In this document: positions 1-9,285 of the stretch, piece by piece
Numbering within the stretch: the first letter of the stretch is position 1
Layout of the letters: the number at the start of each line of letters is the position of its first letter
NCBI GenBank assembly: GCA_034422455.1
Contig: DAOUJQ010000023.1
Location: 108,290-172,289, forward strand
Origin: Dehalococcoidia bacterium
GTDB lineage: Bacteria > Chloroflexota > Dehalococcoidia > Lucifugimonadales > UBA1127
Direction: 5' to 3'
DNA length: 64,000 nt
Made by a program: the position numbers and the translations under genes
The notes under the pieces: generated by a model
Told to the model about the DNA's origin: nothing
Databases searched by the model: none
What the model saw: only the letters and a program-made list of their open reading frames with translations

Positions 1-469
1 ACTCCTTGTCGCTGACTTTGGCGACACCCACCTTGTCTACAGCCAGGGGATCCAGGAACAGCTCAGGTCCGTGGGCGTCCAGGCGACGGTCACGCAGCTG
101 AACCCCACGGAGTACGCCGATCGGGTCTGGCGCCGGGGCGACTTCCAAGCCTACCTCGGCCCGCTTCCTCCGCTGAACGCGCCGAACACCTACTTGGTCG
201 GCCTCATCCGCGGCGACTCGCCCGGCAACAAGACCGGATACGCATCCTCCGCGCTGGACGACCTCGTGGAGGAGCAGGCCGTGCAACTGGACGCGGCCAT
301 GCGGCGCGACCTTGCGCGCAAGGCTGCGTTGATGCTCCTGGAGCAGGGGGTGCGGTTCACGCCCGCCGCCCCGGCACAGGTGTGGAGCTGGTGGCCGCAG
401 GTGAAGGGGCTGCATGTGAACTTCGCCAACCGGGAGTACCATTTCTGGTCCCGCGTCCGGGTTGAGTAG
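1..469 (+). CDS. ABC transporter substrate-binding protein (peptide/nickel, family 5), C-terminal part; truncated by window start
   Basis: Frame is open from base 2. C-terminal text (RRGDFQAY...LDDLVEEQAVQLDAAMRRDLARKA...) is typical of SBP_bac_5. Confidence 0.75.
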   Translation, partial: LLVADFGDTHLVYSQGIQEQLRSVGVQATVTQLNPTEYADRVWRRGDFQAYLGPLPPLNAPNTYLVGLIRGDSPGNKTGYASSALDDLVEEQAVQLDAAMRRDLARKAALMLLEQGVRFTPAAPAQVWSWWPQVKGLHVNFANREYHFWSRVRVE

Positions 470-479
470 GCTAGTCCGG

Positions 480-965
480 CTAAGCGTACGCGCTGAGGCT
501 CTGGTCGAGCGCCCACCAGGCCAGCAGGGCGCACTTCACGCGCACGGGGTAGTGGCGCACGGCCACCAGTCCCGTCAGCTCGCCAAGGAGTTCATTCTCT
601 TCATCGCTCATGGTCTCGCCGCGCATCATGCGGATGAAGAGCGCCGAGAGGTGGAGCGCTTGCGCCGGTGTCATCCCCTCCACGGCCTCCGACATGAGCG
701 AGAGCGACGCCTGGCAGATGGAGCACCCGGCGCCGTCCGTCGACACGGGGGTGAGCACGCCGTCCGAGAGCCTGGCGCGGAAGGTGCACTCGTCGCCGCA
801 GAAGGGGTTGATCTCGGTGGCTTCCACGTCGGCCGCGCCGATGTCCGCCCGGTTCCGCGGGTTGCGGAAGTGGTCCATGATGAGGGCCTGGTTGGCCGCG
901 CCGATGGCGCCCCATCCCACGGCTGTGGGGACCTCCGGCGTACCGTCCTGCTCAGCGTAGTCCAT
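480..965 (-). CDS. sufU: SufU/IscU-type Fe-S scaffold or sulfur-transfer protein
   Basis: IMDHFRNPRN, NPFCGD, GCSICQAS and RVKCA motifs, with the SufU-type insertion before the last Cys. Confidence 0.88.
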   Translation of the reverse strand: MDYAEQDGTPEVPTAVGWGAIGAANQALIMDHFRNPRNRADIGAADVEATEINPFCGDECTFRARLSDGVLTPVSTDGAGCSICQASLSLMSEAVEGMTPAQALHLSALFIRMMRGETMSDEENELLGELTGLVAVRHYPVRVKCALLAWWALDQSLSAYA

Positions 966-976
966 GGCGCCGCCTG

Positions 977-1288
977 CTACAGCTCGACTTCCACGTCGCC
1001 GTCCTGCACGCGCACGGCGAAGCACTCAACGGGCATGATGGCGGGCAGGGTGAGGGCCTTGCCGTTGCGGACGTCAAAGTAGGCGAGATGCCTGGGGCAC
1101 TGGATGCGGAAGCCGTCGAGCGCGCCCGCCCCCAGCGGCCCGTCGTCGTGGGTGCACAGGTTCTCGATGGCGAAGAACTGGCCGTCGACGTTGCAGACGG
1201 CCAGCGACGCCTCCGGCAGCTCGACCTCGATCGACGTGCCGGGAGGAATGTCCTGCTCCCTCGCAACCTTCACGAACTTGCCAGGCAT
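977..1288 (-). CDS. Rieske [2Fe-2S] ferredoxin (non-heme iron oxygenase ferredoxin type)
   Basis: CTH...CPRH Rieske ligands in a 103-aa protein. Confidence 0.92.
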   Translation of the reverse strand: MPGKFVKVAREQDIPPGTSIEVELPEASLAVCNVDGQFFAIENLCTHDDGPLGAGALDGFRIQCPRHLAYFDVRNGKALTLPAIMPVECFAVRVQDGDVEVEL

Positions 1289-1312
1289 AAGGCTCCTTGT
1301 TGCGTTGGCATT

Positions 1313-2665
1313 CTAGTTCGCCTGGACAGCCGCTTCCTCCGGCCAGTCCAGCATCTGCACGTCAACCTCCGAGCCCGCGGGCATCTCCTCGATGTCCTCC
1401 GGGCAGATGGCGAGGCCGTTGGCGCGCGCCATGGAGGTGAGGAGGTTGCTGCCCTGCGGGCCCGTCAGCGACGCCCGGTAGCGGCCGTCCTGCCACGTGA
1501 CGATGGCGCGGGCGTACACGCGCCGCCCATCAAAGTTGGTGATGGGGTCGTCGAGAGTGGCGCGCACCGTTGGCTTGGCGTAGCTGGTGCGGCCCAGCAT
1601 CTTCAGGATGGCGGGGCGGCAAAACTGCTCGAACGCCACCAGCGCGCTCACCGGGTTCCCGGGCAGGCCGACATGGGGCACTCGCCGCCCACCCGGCGCG
1701 TGCAGCACACCGAAGGCCAGGGGCCGCGCTGGGCGCATCCGCACGGACCAGAAGGCGATCTCCCCGTTGGCCGTCAGCACGTCCTTGATGAAGTCATAGT
1801 CGCCCTTGGACACGCCCGCGGTGGTGATGAGTAGGTCGGCGGCGGTGCCCTCGCCGAGTTTCCGTGCAGTGTCCTCCAGCGTGTCCCTGGCGATGCCCAG
1901 CATCCACGGCTCGCCGCCGTAGCGCCGCACGGCCGATGCGATGCTGAAGCTGTTGGAGTCGTAGATCTTGCCGCCGCCGGGGCTCTCGCCCGGCGCGAGG
2001 AGCTCGTCGCCGGTGGAGAGGATGGCGACGATGGGCCGCCGGAGGGCGGTGACGGTCTGCCGGCCCACGGACGCCAGCACGCCGATCTCGCCGGGTCGCA
2101 GGACGTCGCCGGGGACCATGACGCGCTCTCCGGTGCGGAGGTCCTCGCCCGCAGGGCGGACGTTGGCGCCCGACGCGGGCTTCTGCAGGATGCGGATGCG
2201 GTCGAGGGCTTGCCCGGCCTCCTTTCGCTCGACCTCGTCCGTGTCCTCGAAGGGCACGACGGTGTCGGCGCCGGGCGGGACGGGCGCGCCGGTCATGATG
2301 CGGATGGCCGTGCCGGGCTGCAGGTCGCGGTCCGGCAGCGCGCCCGCCTGCACGTAGCCGATGACCGGCAGGTCGCTCGGGTTGTGGGGCCCCGCGCCCG
2401 ACACGTCCTCGTAGCGCACCGCGAAGCCGTCCATCGCCGAGTTGTCCATGGGCGGCAGGTCCAGCGGGGAGAAGACCTCCTCGGCCAGCGTCAGGCCGAG
2501 GGCGTCCGAAAGCGGCACGTCCACCGGCTCCATCGGCGAGACGTAGGAGAGGATCTTCTCCAACGCCTCCTCCACGCTCAGCATGTCCTCCTGGTGACCG
2601 GCGTGGTGGTGATGGTGGTGCGCGTGGTGATGATGTTCGTGATGACGGTGGTGATGCTCCGTCAT
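1313..2665 (-). CDS. moeA: Molybdopterin molybdotransferase MoeA with poly-His N-terminal extension
   Basis: SAMDGFA, RIMTGAP, STGDEL and GLPGNPVSA motifs. Confidence 0.95.
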   Translation of the reverse strand: MTEHHHRHHEHHHHAHHHHHHAGHQEDMLSVEEALEKILSYVSPMEPVDVPLSDALGLTLAEEVFSPLDLPPMDNSAMDGFAVRYEDVSGAGPHNPSDLPVIGYVQAGALPDRDLQPGTAIRIMTGAPVPPGADTVVPFEDTDEVERKEAGQALDRIRILQKPASGANVRPAGEDLRTGERVMVPGDVLRPGEIGVLASVGRQTVTALRRPIVAILSTGDELLAPGESPGGGKIYDSNSFSIASAVRRYGGEPWMLGIARDTLEDTARKLGEGTAADLLITTAGVSKGDYDFIKDVLTANGEIAFWSVRMRPARPLAFGVLHAPGGRRVPHVGLPGNPVSALVAFEQFCRPAILKMLGRTSYAKPTVRATLDDPITNFDGRRVYARAIVTWQDGRYRASLTGPQGSNLLTSMARANGLAICPEDIEEMPAGSEVDVQMLDWPEEAAVQAN

Positions 2666-2703
2666 GGCTTTCCCCTGCCTGCCCTCTCTTTTGCTGTGGA
2701 GCG

Positions 2704-5118
2704 CTACGTTCCCTGCCTCTGCACGGCCCCCAGCTCCCGTTCCAGCCGGGACAGGAGGCGGCCCATGGCCCGCTGCACCTCTTCCGCCGTCAGCGTGCGG
2801 TCCTGCGCCTGGAAGGATACGCGGTACGCCAACGACCGTACCCCTGCGCCAAGCTGCTCGCCCGCGTAGACGTCGAAGAGGGTGGCGTGTGCCACGAGCG
2901 GGTTCTGCTCGATGATCTCCTGCACCCTGGCCGCGGGCACGTCCATGCCCACCACCAGCGCGAGGTCGCGCAGCGCGTCGGGGTAGACCGAGAGGCTGCT
3001 GAACCGGCGCTCCGCCTCCGGCACCGCGGCCGTCAACGCCGCAAGGTCGACCTCGAAGTAGACGGCGCCCTCGTCGCGCACGTCGAATGCGTCCAGCACC
3101 TCTGGGTGCACCTCGCCCAGCTCGCCGATACGGCTCCCGTCGATGCTCACCGACGCCGCGCGGCCGGGGTAGTAGAAGGGGTCGTCCACCGGCTCGAAGC
3201 TGGCCGAGACGCCCAGCCGGTCACAGATGGCTTCCACCACGCCCTTGGCGTCGTAGAAGCCCGCCGACGCCTCGGCCACGGCCCACGACGACTGCGCGCC
3301 GGGGCCGGACAGGACGCCCGCCGCCTTCTCCCGTTCCTCCGGCAGCCCCTCGCCGTGGAAGAGGAACTCCTTGCCAACCTCGAAGTACCACTGGGGCAGG
3401 CCCTCGTGCCGCTGGTTCAGCGCCAGCGTGCGCAGCAGGCCCGGCCGCAGCGAGGTCCGCAGGTACTCGTGCTCGGCGCTGATCGGGTTGAAGGCACGCA
3501 TGGGCGGCGTCCCGCCCTGGGCGCCCCGCGTCGCAAGCTCCAACGCCTGAGCGCTGACCATTGAGTAGGTGATGACCTCCTGCATGCCTATGGACGCCAA
3601 AAGGTCTCGCACCTCTTCCTTGACCGCCTGTGCGGCGTTGGGCTCGCTCAGAGGAATGGGCGTTGCCAGCGGGGCCGTGGGCACGTCGTCATAGCCGATG
3701 ATGCGGACCACCTCCTCGACGAGGTCGTCCTCGATGGCGATGTCCGCGCGCCACGGTGGGGCCTCGGCTTCAATCGTGTCGTTGCCGGTCTGCGTGCTGG
3801 GGATGCCGAGCGCGTTCAGCGTCCGCGCGGCCTCCGGCATCGGGATGGACACGCCGAGCACCTGCTCCATGCGCGCCCGCGTCAGGGTCAGGCGAGCCGC
3901 CTCCTGCCGCTGCGGGTAGACGTCGATGATGCCCTGCGCCGCCTCGCCGCCCGCGACTTCCAGCATCAGCTTGACCGCGCGCCGCAGTCCGACGGACGGG
4001 AGGCCCTGCCGCCAGCCCTTCTCGAAGCGCAGCGACGCCTCCGTGCGCAACTTCAGCTCGTCCGCCGTGCGGCGCGTGTTGAAGGGGTGGAAGCTGGCCG
4101 ACTCCAGCAGGATGGTGCTCGTCTCCGGCGTGACCTCCGTGTTGGCGCCGCCCATGACGCCGCCAAGGCCGACGGCCTTCTCCGGATCTGCGATGACCAC
4201 CATCGGCGGGGCAAGCTCGCGCTCCACGCCGTCCAGCGTGACATGCTTCTCGCCTGCCGTCGCCTGCCGCACGATGATGCGCCCATCCGCAACCTTGTCG
4301 AAGTCGAAGGCGTGCAGCGGCTGTCCGGTCTCCAGCATGACGTAGTTGGTGACGTCCACGATGTTGTTGATGGGACGCTGCCCTGCGCGCATGAGCCGCT
4401 CCTGCAGCCACTCCGGCGACGGTCCGACAGAAATGCCGGTTAGCAGCGCCGCAGTGTACCGGGCGCACAGATCCGGGTCGGCGATCTCCACGGAGGCCTG
4501 CGCCTCGATGGGCCCGCCTGCCTCCGGGTAGCTCTCGTCCGGCTCGGTGACGGTCGTGCCGGTGATGGCGGCGACCTCGCGGGCGACGCCGACGACGGAG
4601 AAGCAGTCGGGCCGGTTGGCGGTGACCTCCAGCTCCAGCACAGCGTCGCCCAGGTAGTCGGCCAGCGGCGTGCCGATGGGTGCGTCGTCCGGCAACACCA
4701 GGATGCCGTCGTGCTCCTCGCCGATGCCGAGCTCCAGCACGGAGCAGATCATGCCCTCCGACGTGACGCCCCGGATCTTCGCCGCCTTCAGGGGCTCGAC
4801 CTTGCCGGAGTGGGTGTTGAAGAGGGTGGCGCCCACCTTGGCGAAGGCGATCTTCTGCCGCTCGGCGACGTTGGGCGCGCCGCAGACCACCTGCAGCTCC
4901 TCTCCGCCGATGTCCACGGTGCAGAGGCGCAGCCGTTCCGCGTTGGGGTGCGGCTCGATGGTCAGCACGTGGCCGACGTAGCAGTCGGTCCAGCCGCCGA
5001 CCTGCTCGACGCCGCCCACCTCGATGCCGGCCATGGTCAGGCGGTGGGCAAGCTGGTCCACGGGCATGTCCACGTCGACGTAGGCCCGCAGCCAGGACAG
5101 CGGGACGTTCATCGCCAT
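2704..5118 (-). CDS. pheT: Phenylalanine-tRNA ligase beta subunit
   Basis: Starts MNVPLSWL; SEGMICS, NRPDC, NNIVDVTNYV and RTSLRPGLL motifs plus C-terminal FDX-ACB domain. The longer ORF in the track is a spurious upstream extension. Confidence 0.97.
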   Translation of the reverse strand: MAMNVPLSWLRAYVDVDMPVDQLAHRLTMAGIEVGGVEQVGGWTDCYVGHVLTIEPHPNAERLRLCTVDIGGEELQVVCGAPNVAERQKIAFAKVGATLFNTHSGKVEPLKAAKIRGVTSEGMICSVLELGIGEEHDGILVLPDDAPIGTPLADYLGDAVLELEVTANRPDCFSVVGVAREVAAITGTTVTEPDESYPEAGGPIEAQASVEIADPDLCARYTAALLTGISVGPSPEWLQERLMRAGQRPINNIVDVTNYVMLETGQPLHAFDFDKVADGRIIVRQATAGEKHVTLDGVERELAPPMVVIADPEKAVGLGGVMGGANTEVTPETSTILLESASFHPFNTRRTADELKLRTEASLRFEKGWRQGLPSVGLRRAVKLMLEVAGGEAAQGIIDVYPQRQEAARLTLTRARMEQVLGVSIPMPEAARTLNALGIPSTQTGNDTIEAEAPPWRADIAIEDDLVEEVVRIIGYDDVPTAPLATPIPLSEPNAAQAVKEEVRDLLASIGMQEVITYSMVSAQALELATRGAQGGTPPMRAFNPISAEHEYLRTSLRPGLLRTLALNQRHEGLPQWYFEVGKEFLFHGEGLPEEREKAAGVLSGPGAQSSWAVAEASAGFYDAKGVVEAICDRLGVSASFEPVDDPFYYPGRAASVSIDGSRIGELGEVHPEVLDAFDVRDEGAVYFEVDLAALTAAVPEAERRFSSLSVYPDALRDLALVVGMDVPAARVQEIIEQNPLVAHATLFDVYAGEQLGAGVRSLAYRVSFQAQDRTLTAEEVQRAMGRLLSRLERELGAVQRQGT

Positions 5119-5144
5119 GTGCGGACTCCGGTCATGGTCTCTCC

Positions 5145-6215
5145 CTAGAACTGCCGCAGAAAGCGGGCGTCGTTGCTGTAGAAGTAGCGGATGTCGTCGA
5201 TGCCGTGCTTGAGCATGGCGATGCGCTCCACGCCCATGCCGAAAGCGAAGCCGGTGTACTCCGTGTGGTCGATGCCGGACATCTCCAGCACGCGCGGGTG
5301 CACCATGCCCGCGCCCATGATCTCGATCCAGCCGCTGCCCCGGCAGATGCGGCAGTCGGGCGCGCCCGCGCCGTCGCAGCTGAAGCAATCGATGGCCACG
5401 TCCACGCCCGGCTCGACGAAGGGGAAGAAGTCGCAGCGGAAGCGCACGCGACGCTGCGTACCGAACAGCAGCCGCGCGAACTCGTACAGCGTGCCCTTCA
5501 GGTTGGCAAAGGTGATTCCCCGGTCGACGGCCAGCCCCTCCACCTGCGTGAAGTGCCACTCGTGCGTGGCGTCCGTCGCCTCGAAGCGGTAGACGCGGCC
5601 CGGAACGATGACGCGCACAGGGGGGCTTGTCGCCTCCATGATGCGGGCCTGCATCGGCGAGGTGTGGGTGCGCATCAGCATCTCGCGCTCGCCGTCGGCG
5701 TTGGTGTGGTCGAGCCAGAGCGTGTCGAACATATCGCGCGCCGGGTGGCCCTTGGGGATGTTCAGCATGCCGAAGTTGTAGTGGTCCAGCTCCACCTCCG
5801 GGCCCTCGACGACCTGGAAGCCCATGGAGATGAAGGCGCGGGTGATCTCCCGCATGGTCTGCGTGATGGGGTGCAGCCGTCCTAGGGCGGGGCGCCGTCC
5901 GGGCAGCGTCACGTCCAGACGGCCCTCTTCCGCGCCCTGCGCCAGCCGGGCCGACCTGAGCTCCTCCTCCTTGGCGGCGAACTGCGACTCCAGCAGCGAC
6001 TTGACGTCGTTGGCCTGCACGCCGACGGTGCGCCGCTCGTCCGGCTCCAGCGACGCCATGCGGCGCATGATGAGGGTGAGGCGACCCTCGCGGCGGCCCA
6101 GGTAGGCGATGCGCCACGATTCGAGCGCGTCGGCGTCCTCCACGGCGTCAAGCTCGGCGACGGCGACGGTGCGGATGTTATGCAACGTACCGAGAATCTC
6201 GGGTGCGGTGGTCAT
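5145..6215 (-). CDS. pheS: Phenylalanine-tRNA ligase alpha subunit
   Basis: HPARDMFDT, MRTHTSPMQ, FPFVEP and GFAFGMGVERIAM motifs; Cys-rich insert CFSC...CRIC. Confidence 0.97.
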   Translation of the reverse strand: MTTAPEILGTLHNIRTVAVAELDAVEDADALESWRIAYLGRREGRLTLIMRRMASLEPDERRTVGVQANDVKSLLESQFAAKEEELRSARLAQGAEEGRLDVTLPGRRPALGRLHPITQTMREITRAFISMGFQVVEGPEVELDHYNFGMLNIPKGHPARDMFDTLWLDHTNADGEREMLMRTHTSPMQARIMEATSPPVRVIVPGRVYRFEATDATHEWHFTQVEGLAVDRGITFANLKGTLYEFARLLFGTQRRVRFRCDFFPFVEPGVDVAIDCFSCDGAGAPDCRICRGSGWIEIMGAGMVHPRVLEMSGIDHTEYTGFAFGMGVERIAMLKHGIDDIRYFYSNDARFLRQF

Positions 6216-6266
6216 GCGGTCCTTCACGGGCGCGGCCTGAAAGCGCGGCGAGATATCGTAGCTGCC

Positions 6267-6296
6267 ATTATATGGGACGCGCGGAAGGGCGGGCAA
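6267..6296 (-). promoter_or_regulatory. Probable sigma70 promoter of the pheS operon
   Basis: Minus strand TTGCCC-N18-TATAAT about 50 nt upstream of the pheS start. Confidence 0.5.
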
Positions 6297-6377
6297 ACGA
6301 GGGGAGAGGGGAGGGGTGATTGAGTGAGGGGTAGTAGTCGGCTACGATGGAAGGCTTGATACAAACGGAGCGCAAAG

Positions 6378-6623
6378 ATGACCATCGAACCCATCCACCC
6401 CGGAGAGCACCTGGCGGAGATCCTGGAAGACCTCGGCATCTCTCAATACCGGCTGGCCAAGGCCATTGGCGTGCCGCCCATCCGCGTCCACGACATCGTC
6501 CACTGCCGCCGGTCCATCACCGCGGACACGGCGCTGCGCATCGGACGAGCCTTTGGCACCACGCCCGAGTTCTGGCTCAACTTGCAGCGCATGTATGAGG
6601 CGGATCTAGAGGAGGTGGGTTGA
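6378..6623 (+). CDS. higA: HigA-family addiction-module antitoxin (HTH_XRE), no adjacent toxin
   Basis: PIHPGE...ISQYRLAKAIGV...ITADTALR...FGTTPEFWLNLQ signature. Confidence 0.9.
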   Translation: MTIEPIHPGEHLAEILEDLGISQYRLAKAIGVPPIRVHDIVHCRRSITADTALRIGRAFGTTPEFWLNLQRMYEADLEEVG

Positions 6624-6657
6624 AGGAGCAACACTGCTAAAGGGGTCGTCGACATTA

Positions 6658-7239
6658 CTACTTCTTCAGCAGACTAGGCAGATGCTGCTGGACTAACTCG
6701 GCGGATATGGCAAAACCGACTGCATCTATCCGCTGTTCAACCATCTTGAATGTGTTGATGCCCAAAATCTCACCCGACATGGAAAACATGGGGCCGCCAC
6801 TGTTGCCAGGGTTAATGGCAGCATCAGTCTGGAATATCTTGCCGCCATAGCGTGAGTCTTGACGGACTGCGGATATGATGCCTCTTGTGACTGTTGCCTC
6901 ACCTTCGAGGCCGAGCGCGTACCCGATATTCAAGACCTCTGCGCCGGACTTAAGTTTGGTGGTGTCGCCGAAGGGAACTGCTCTGAACTTTGAGCCGAAA
7001 AGAGTCAAGACTGCAAGATCATGCTCTGGATCCATCCCCAACACAGTTGGCGCAAACTTAGGTAAGTCGCGAACGGTTACCCTAATCTTGGTGGCGTTTT
7101 CAAGTACGTGGTAGTTCGTGACGACATAGCCGAGAGTTTTGCTGGTGTCAAAGATGACACCAGAACCGCTCCCAGATTCTGTTTCTATTCTTACAACCGA
7201 CTGCTTGAGTCGCTGAATTAGATCCGCTAGTGAAGGCAT
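6658..7239 (-). CDS. Trypsin-like serine protease (S1C/HtrA-like) without PDZ domain or signal peptide
   Basis: Triad motifs TNYHV, DLAVL and INPGNSGGP; GC visibly lower than the flanks. Confidence 0.88.
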   Translation of the reverse strand: MPSLADLIQRLKQSVVRIETESGSGSGVIFDTSKTLGYVVTNYHVLENATKIRVTVRDLPKFAPTVLGMDPEHDLAVLTLFGSKFRAVPFGDTTKLKSGAEVLNIGYALGLEGEATVTRGIISAVRQDSRYGGKIFQTDAAINPGNSGGPMFSMSGEILGINTFKMVEQRIDAVGFAISAELVQQHLPSLLKK

Positions 7240-7409
7240 GATTCACTTATACCAAGCGCGACAATTTCCAATGGTGTGAGATTCCTGCAATGCATCTTGA
7301 TTGAAGCACTCGATGAACATTTGAAACTAAACAATATCCACTCAGTTAGTTTTTCCGCAACCCTATGCCGTTTGTGATCTACACGGCAGCGTCACTATAG
7401 CCCCCGCTC

Positions 7410-8261
7410 CTATCGCCGTCCCAGCAGGCTCCCCGGCTGGCAGGCGCGGCAGTAGTCCGTGCGGTAGCCGTTGCTGGTGATGTGGGTGAGCTTGGAGCCG
7501 CAGGAGGGGCACGCCTCGTTGCCCCTCCCGTGCACCTTGAGGTGGTCGCGGACCTTGCGATGAACGTCGGCGCCCATGCGCTCGCGGAGGACGGGGACGG
7601 CGTCGGCGGGCACGCGGTAGACGGCGTCGTGGAGGGCGGCCAGCTCGGCCGGCGAGAGCGACGTGCGCTTCTTGAACGGGTAGATGCCCGCCGCGAAGAG
7701 CACCTCGTCGGCGTAGGCGTTGCCGATGCCGGACACCGCGCCGCCGCGCGTCAGCACGCCCTTGATCTCGCCGCGGTACGGCTTCAGGCGAGCGGTGAAG
7801 TCCGCCAGAGAGAGCGGCTCGTCCAGCACGTCTGGCCCCTGCTCCAGTAGCCGCGCGGCCTGCGAGAGCTGCTCCGGGTGCAGGTAGTACACCATCCCCA
7901 TCTGGTCGTCGTCGAGGTAGCGGAGCTGCGTGCCGTCCGACAGGGTCAGCACGAGGTACGTCCGCGCCGAGACCCGCTCCGATGGGGCGCAGTGCTGCAG
8001 CGCGCCGCTGAGCATCGGGTTGACGACGAGGGTGCGGCGCCCGCCGTCATGTCCGCCGGACAGCTCGATGCCGAGGAACTTGCCTCGCCGCCAGAAGGCG
8101 TCGAACGTGCGGCCCGCGATGTCGTCGCCGAACCGCTCCAGCGGCGCCGCGAGCGAGCGCAGGACGATCGGGCGCAACGCCTCCGCCTTCGTCACCGATT
8201 GGCCGGTAAGGTTGCGCTCCAGGTACTCCCTTATGACGAAGAGGTCCGGCGCTTCCGGCAT
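7410..8261 (-). CDS. Fpg/Nei-family DNA glycosylase/AP lyase
   Basis: N-terminal MPE, RRGKFL, H2TH motif [10 protein letters not shown] and C-terminal zinc finger CPSCG...CRAC. Confidence 0.9.
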   Translation of the reverse strand: MPEAPDLFVIREYLERNLTGQSVTKAEALRPIVLRSLAAPLERFGDDIAGRTFDAFWRRGKFLGIELSGGHDGGRRTLVVNPMLSGALQHCAPSERVSARTYLVLTLSDGTQLRYLDDDQMGMVYYLHPEQLSQAARLLEQGPDVLDEPLSLADFTARLKPYRGEIKGVLTRGGAVSGIGNAYADEVLFAAGIYPFKKRTSLSPAELAALHDAVYRVPADAVPVLRERMGADVHRKVRDHLKVHGRGNEACPSCGSKLTHITSNGYRTDYCRACQPGSLLGRR

Positions 8262-8281
8262 GTCTTTTCCCTCGTGGCTTG

Positions 8282-8398
8282 CCTTGCCCGTTCATCCTTC
8301 GATTTCCCTCAGGACGAGCGGGCAAGGGCGCCGCCCCTTGACGGCCCTTCGAGAGGCTCAGGGTGAACGGAGTGGGCGGCCACAAGGGCCGCCCCTAC
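8282..8398. repeat. Cluster of REP-like palindromes
   Basis: Hairpin CCTTGCCCG(8282-8290)/CGGGCAAGG(8319-8327); element CCCTTCGAGAGGCTCAGGGTGAACGG (8345-8370); GTAG-type REP whose reverse complement is GTAGGGGCGGCCCTTGTGGCCGCCC (8374-8398). Confidence 0.7.
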
Positions 8399-8490
8399 GT
8401 ACCGCTGTTGGGGCGGCTCGCTCTTTGCGAGGCGTTGGTAGTGTACTATTATGCCTACTTACTCGGAAATCGACGGAGGTATGGCGAGCC

Positions 8491-9285
8491 GTGACGACGT
8501 TGATGCCTGAAACCCCGCCGCAGGCCGTGCGGGAGCGCATACGCTCCGGCGAGTGGACGCGCCCGACGGCGGGGCTCGCGCCCGGTCACGTGCAGGCCAA
8601 CCTCGTGTCGCTGCCGCGCGAGCAGGCCTTCGACTTCCTGCTCTTCTGCCAGCGCAACCCGCGGCCCTGCCCGCTCATCGAGGTGATGGAGGCCGGCTGC
8701 CCCGAGCCCGCCTTGACCGCGCCGGGGGCCGACATCCGCACGGACCTGCCTGCCTACAACGTCTACCGCGAGGGCGTCCTCAAGGCCACCGTGCCCGACG
8801 TCCTCGACTACTGGCGCGACGACCTCGTCACCTTCCTGCTCGGCTGCAGCTTCACCTTCGAGGCCGCGCTGGCCGCCTCCGGCATCCCGCTGCACCACGT
8901 CGAGGCGGAGCGCAACGTCGCCATGTACAAGACCAACGTCGCGACCACCCCTGCCGGGGTGTTCGCCGGCCCGCTGGTTGTCTCAATGCGCCCCGTTCCG
9001 CGCGAGCAGGTGGTGAAGGCCGTGCAGGTGACCAGTCGCTTCCCCAACGCCCACGGCGCGCCGGTGCACGTCGGCGAGCCCGAGGCGCTGGGCATCCGCG
9101 ACCTTGCGTCGCCGGACTACGGCGACCCGCCCGTCATCAACGACGGCGAAACGCCCCTCTTCTGGGCGTGCGGCGTCACGCCGCAGGCGGTGGCTGTCGC
9201 GTCCAAGCCGCCGTTCATGATCACCCACGCGCCGGGGCACATGTTCGTCACCGACCTGCGCGACGAGGACATCGCCGCGCTATGA
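8491..9285 (+). CDS. Putative hydro-lyase, DUF1445/YcsI (D-glutamate cyclase N-terminal-like)
   Basis: [41 protein letters not shown] and [12 protein letters not shown] motifs. Confidence 0.9.
   Translation: MTTLMPETPPQAVRERIRSGEWTRPTAGLAPGHVQANLVSLPREQAFDFLLFCQRNPRPCPLIEVMEAGCPEPALTAPGADIRTDLPAYNVYREGVLKATVPDVLDYWRDDLVTFLLGCSFTFEAALAASGIPLHHVEAERNVAMYKTNVATTPAGVFAGPLVVSMRPVPREQVVKAVQVTSRFPNAHGAPVHVGEPEALGIRDLASPDYGDPPVINDGETPLFWACGVTPQAVAVASKPPFMITHAPGHMFVTDLRDEDIAAL

Noticed and set aside
2704-6117. 1137-aa ORF suggesting a fused or extended PheT
   Set aside because: The N-terminal ~330 aa are an off-frame read-through of pheS; PheT starts at about 5118.
7930-8490. Upstream extensions of the DUF1445 ORF and of the DUF4392 ORF (8553-9281)
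   Set aside because: They overlap fpg, the REP cluster or the neighbouring gene in another frame; real starts are at about 8491 and 9282.
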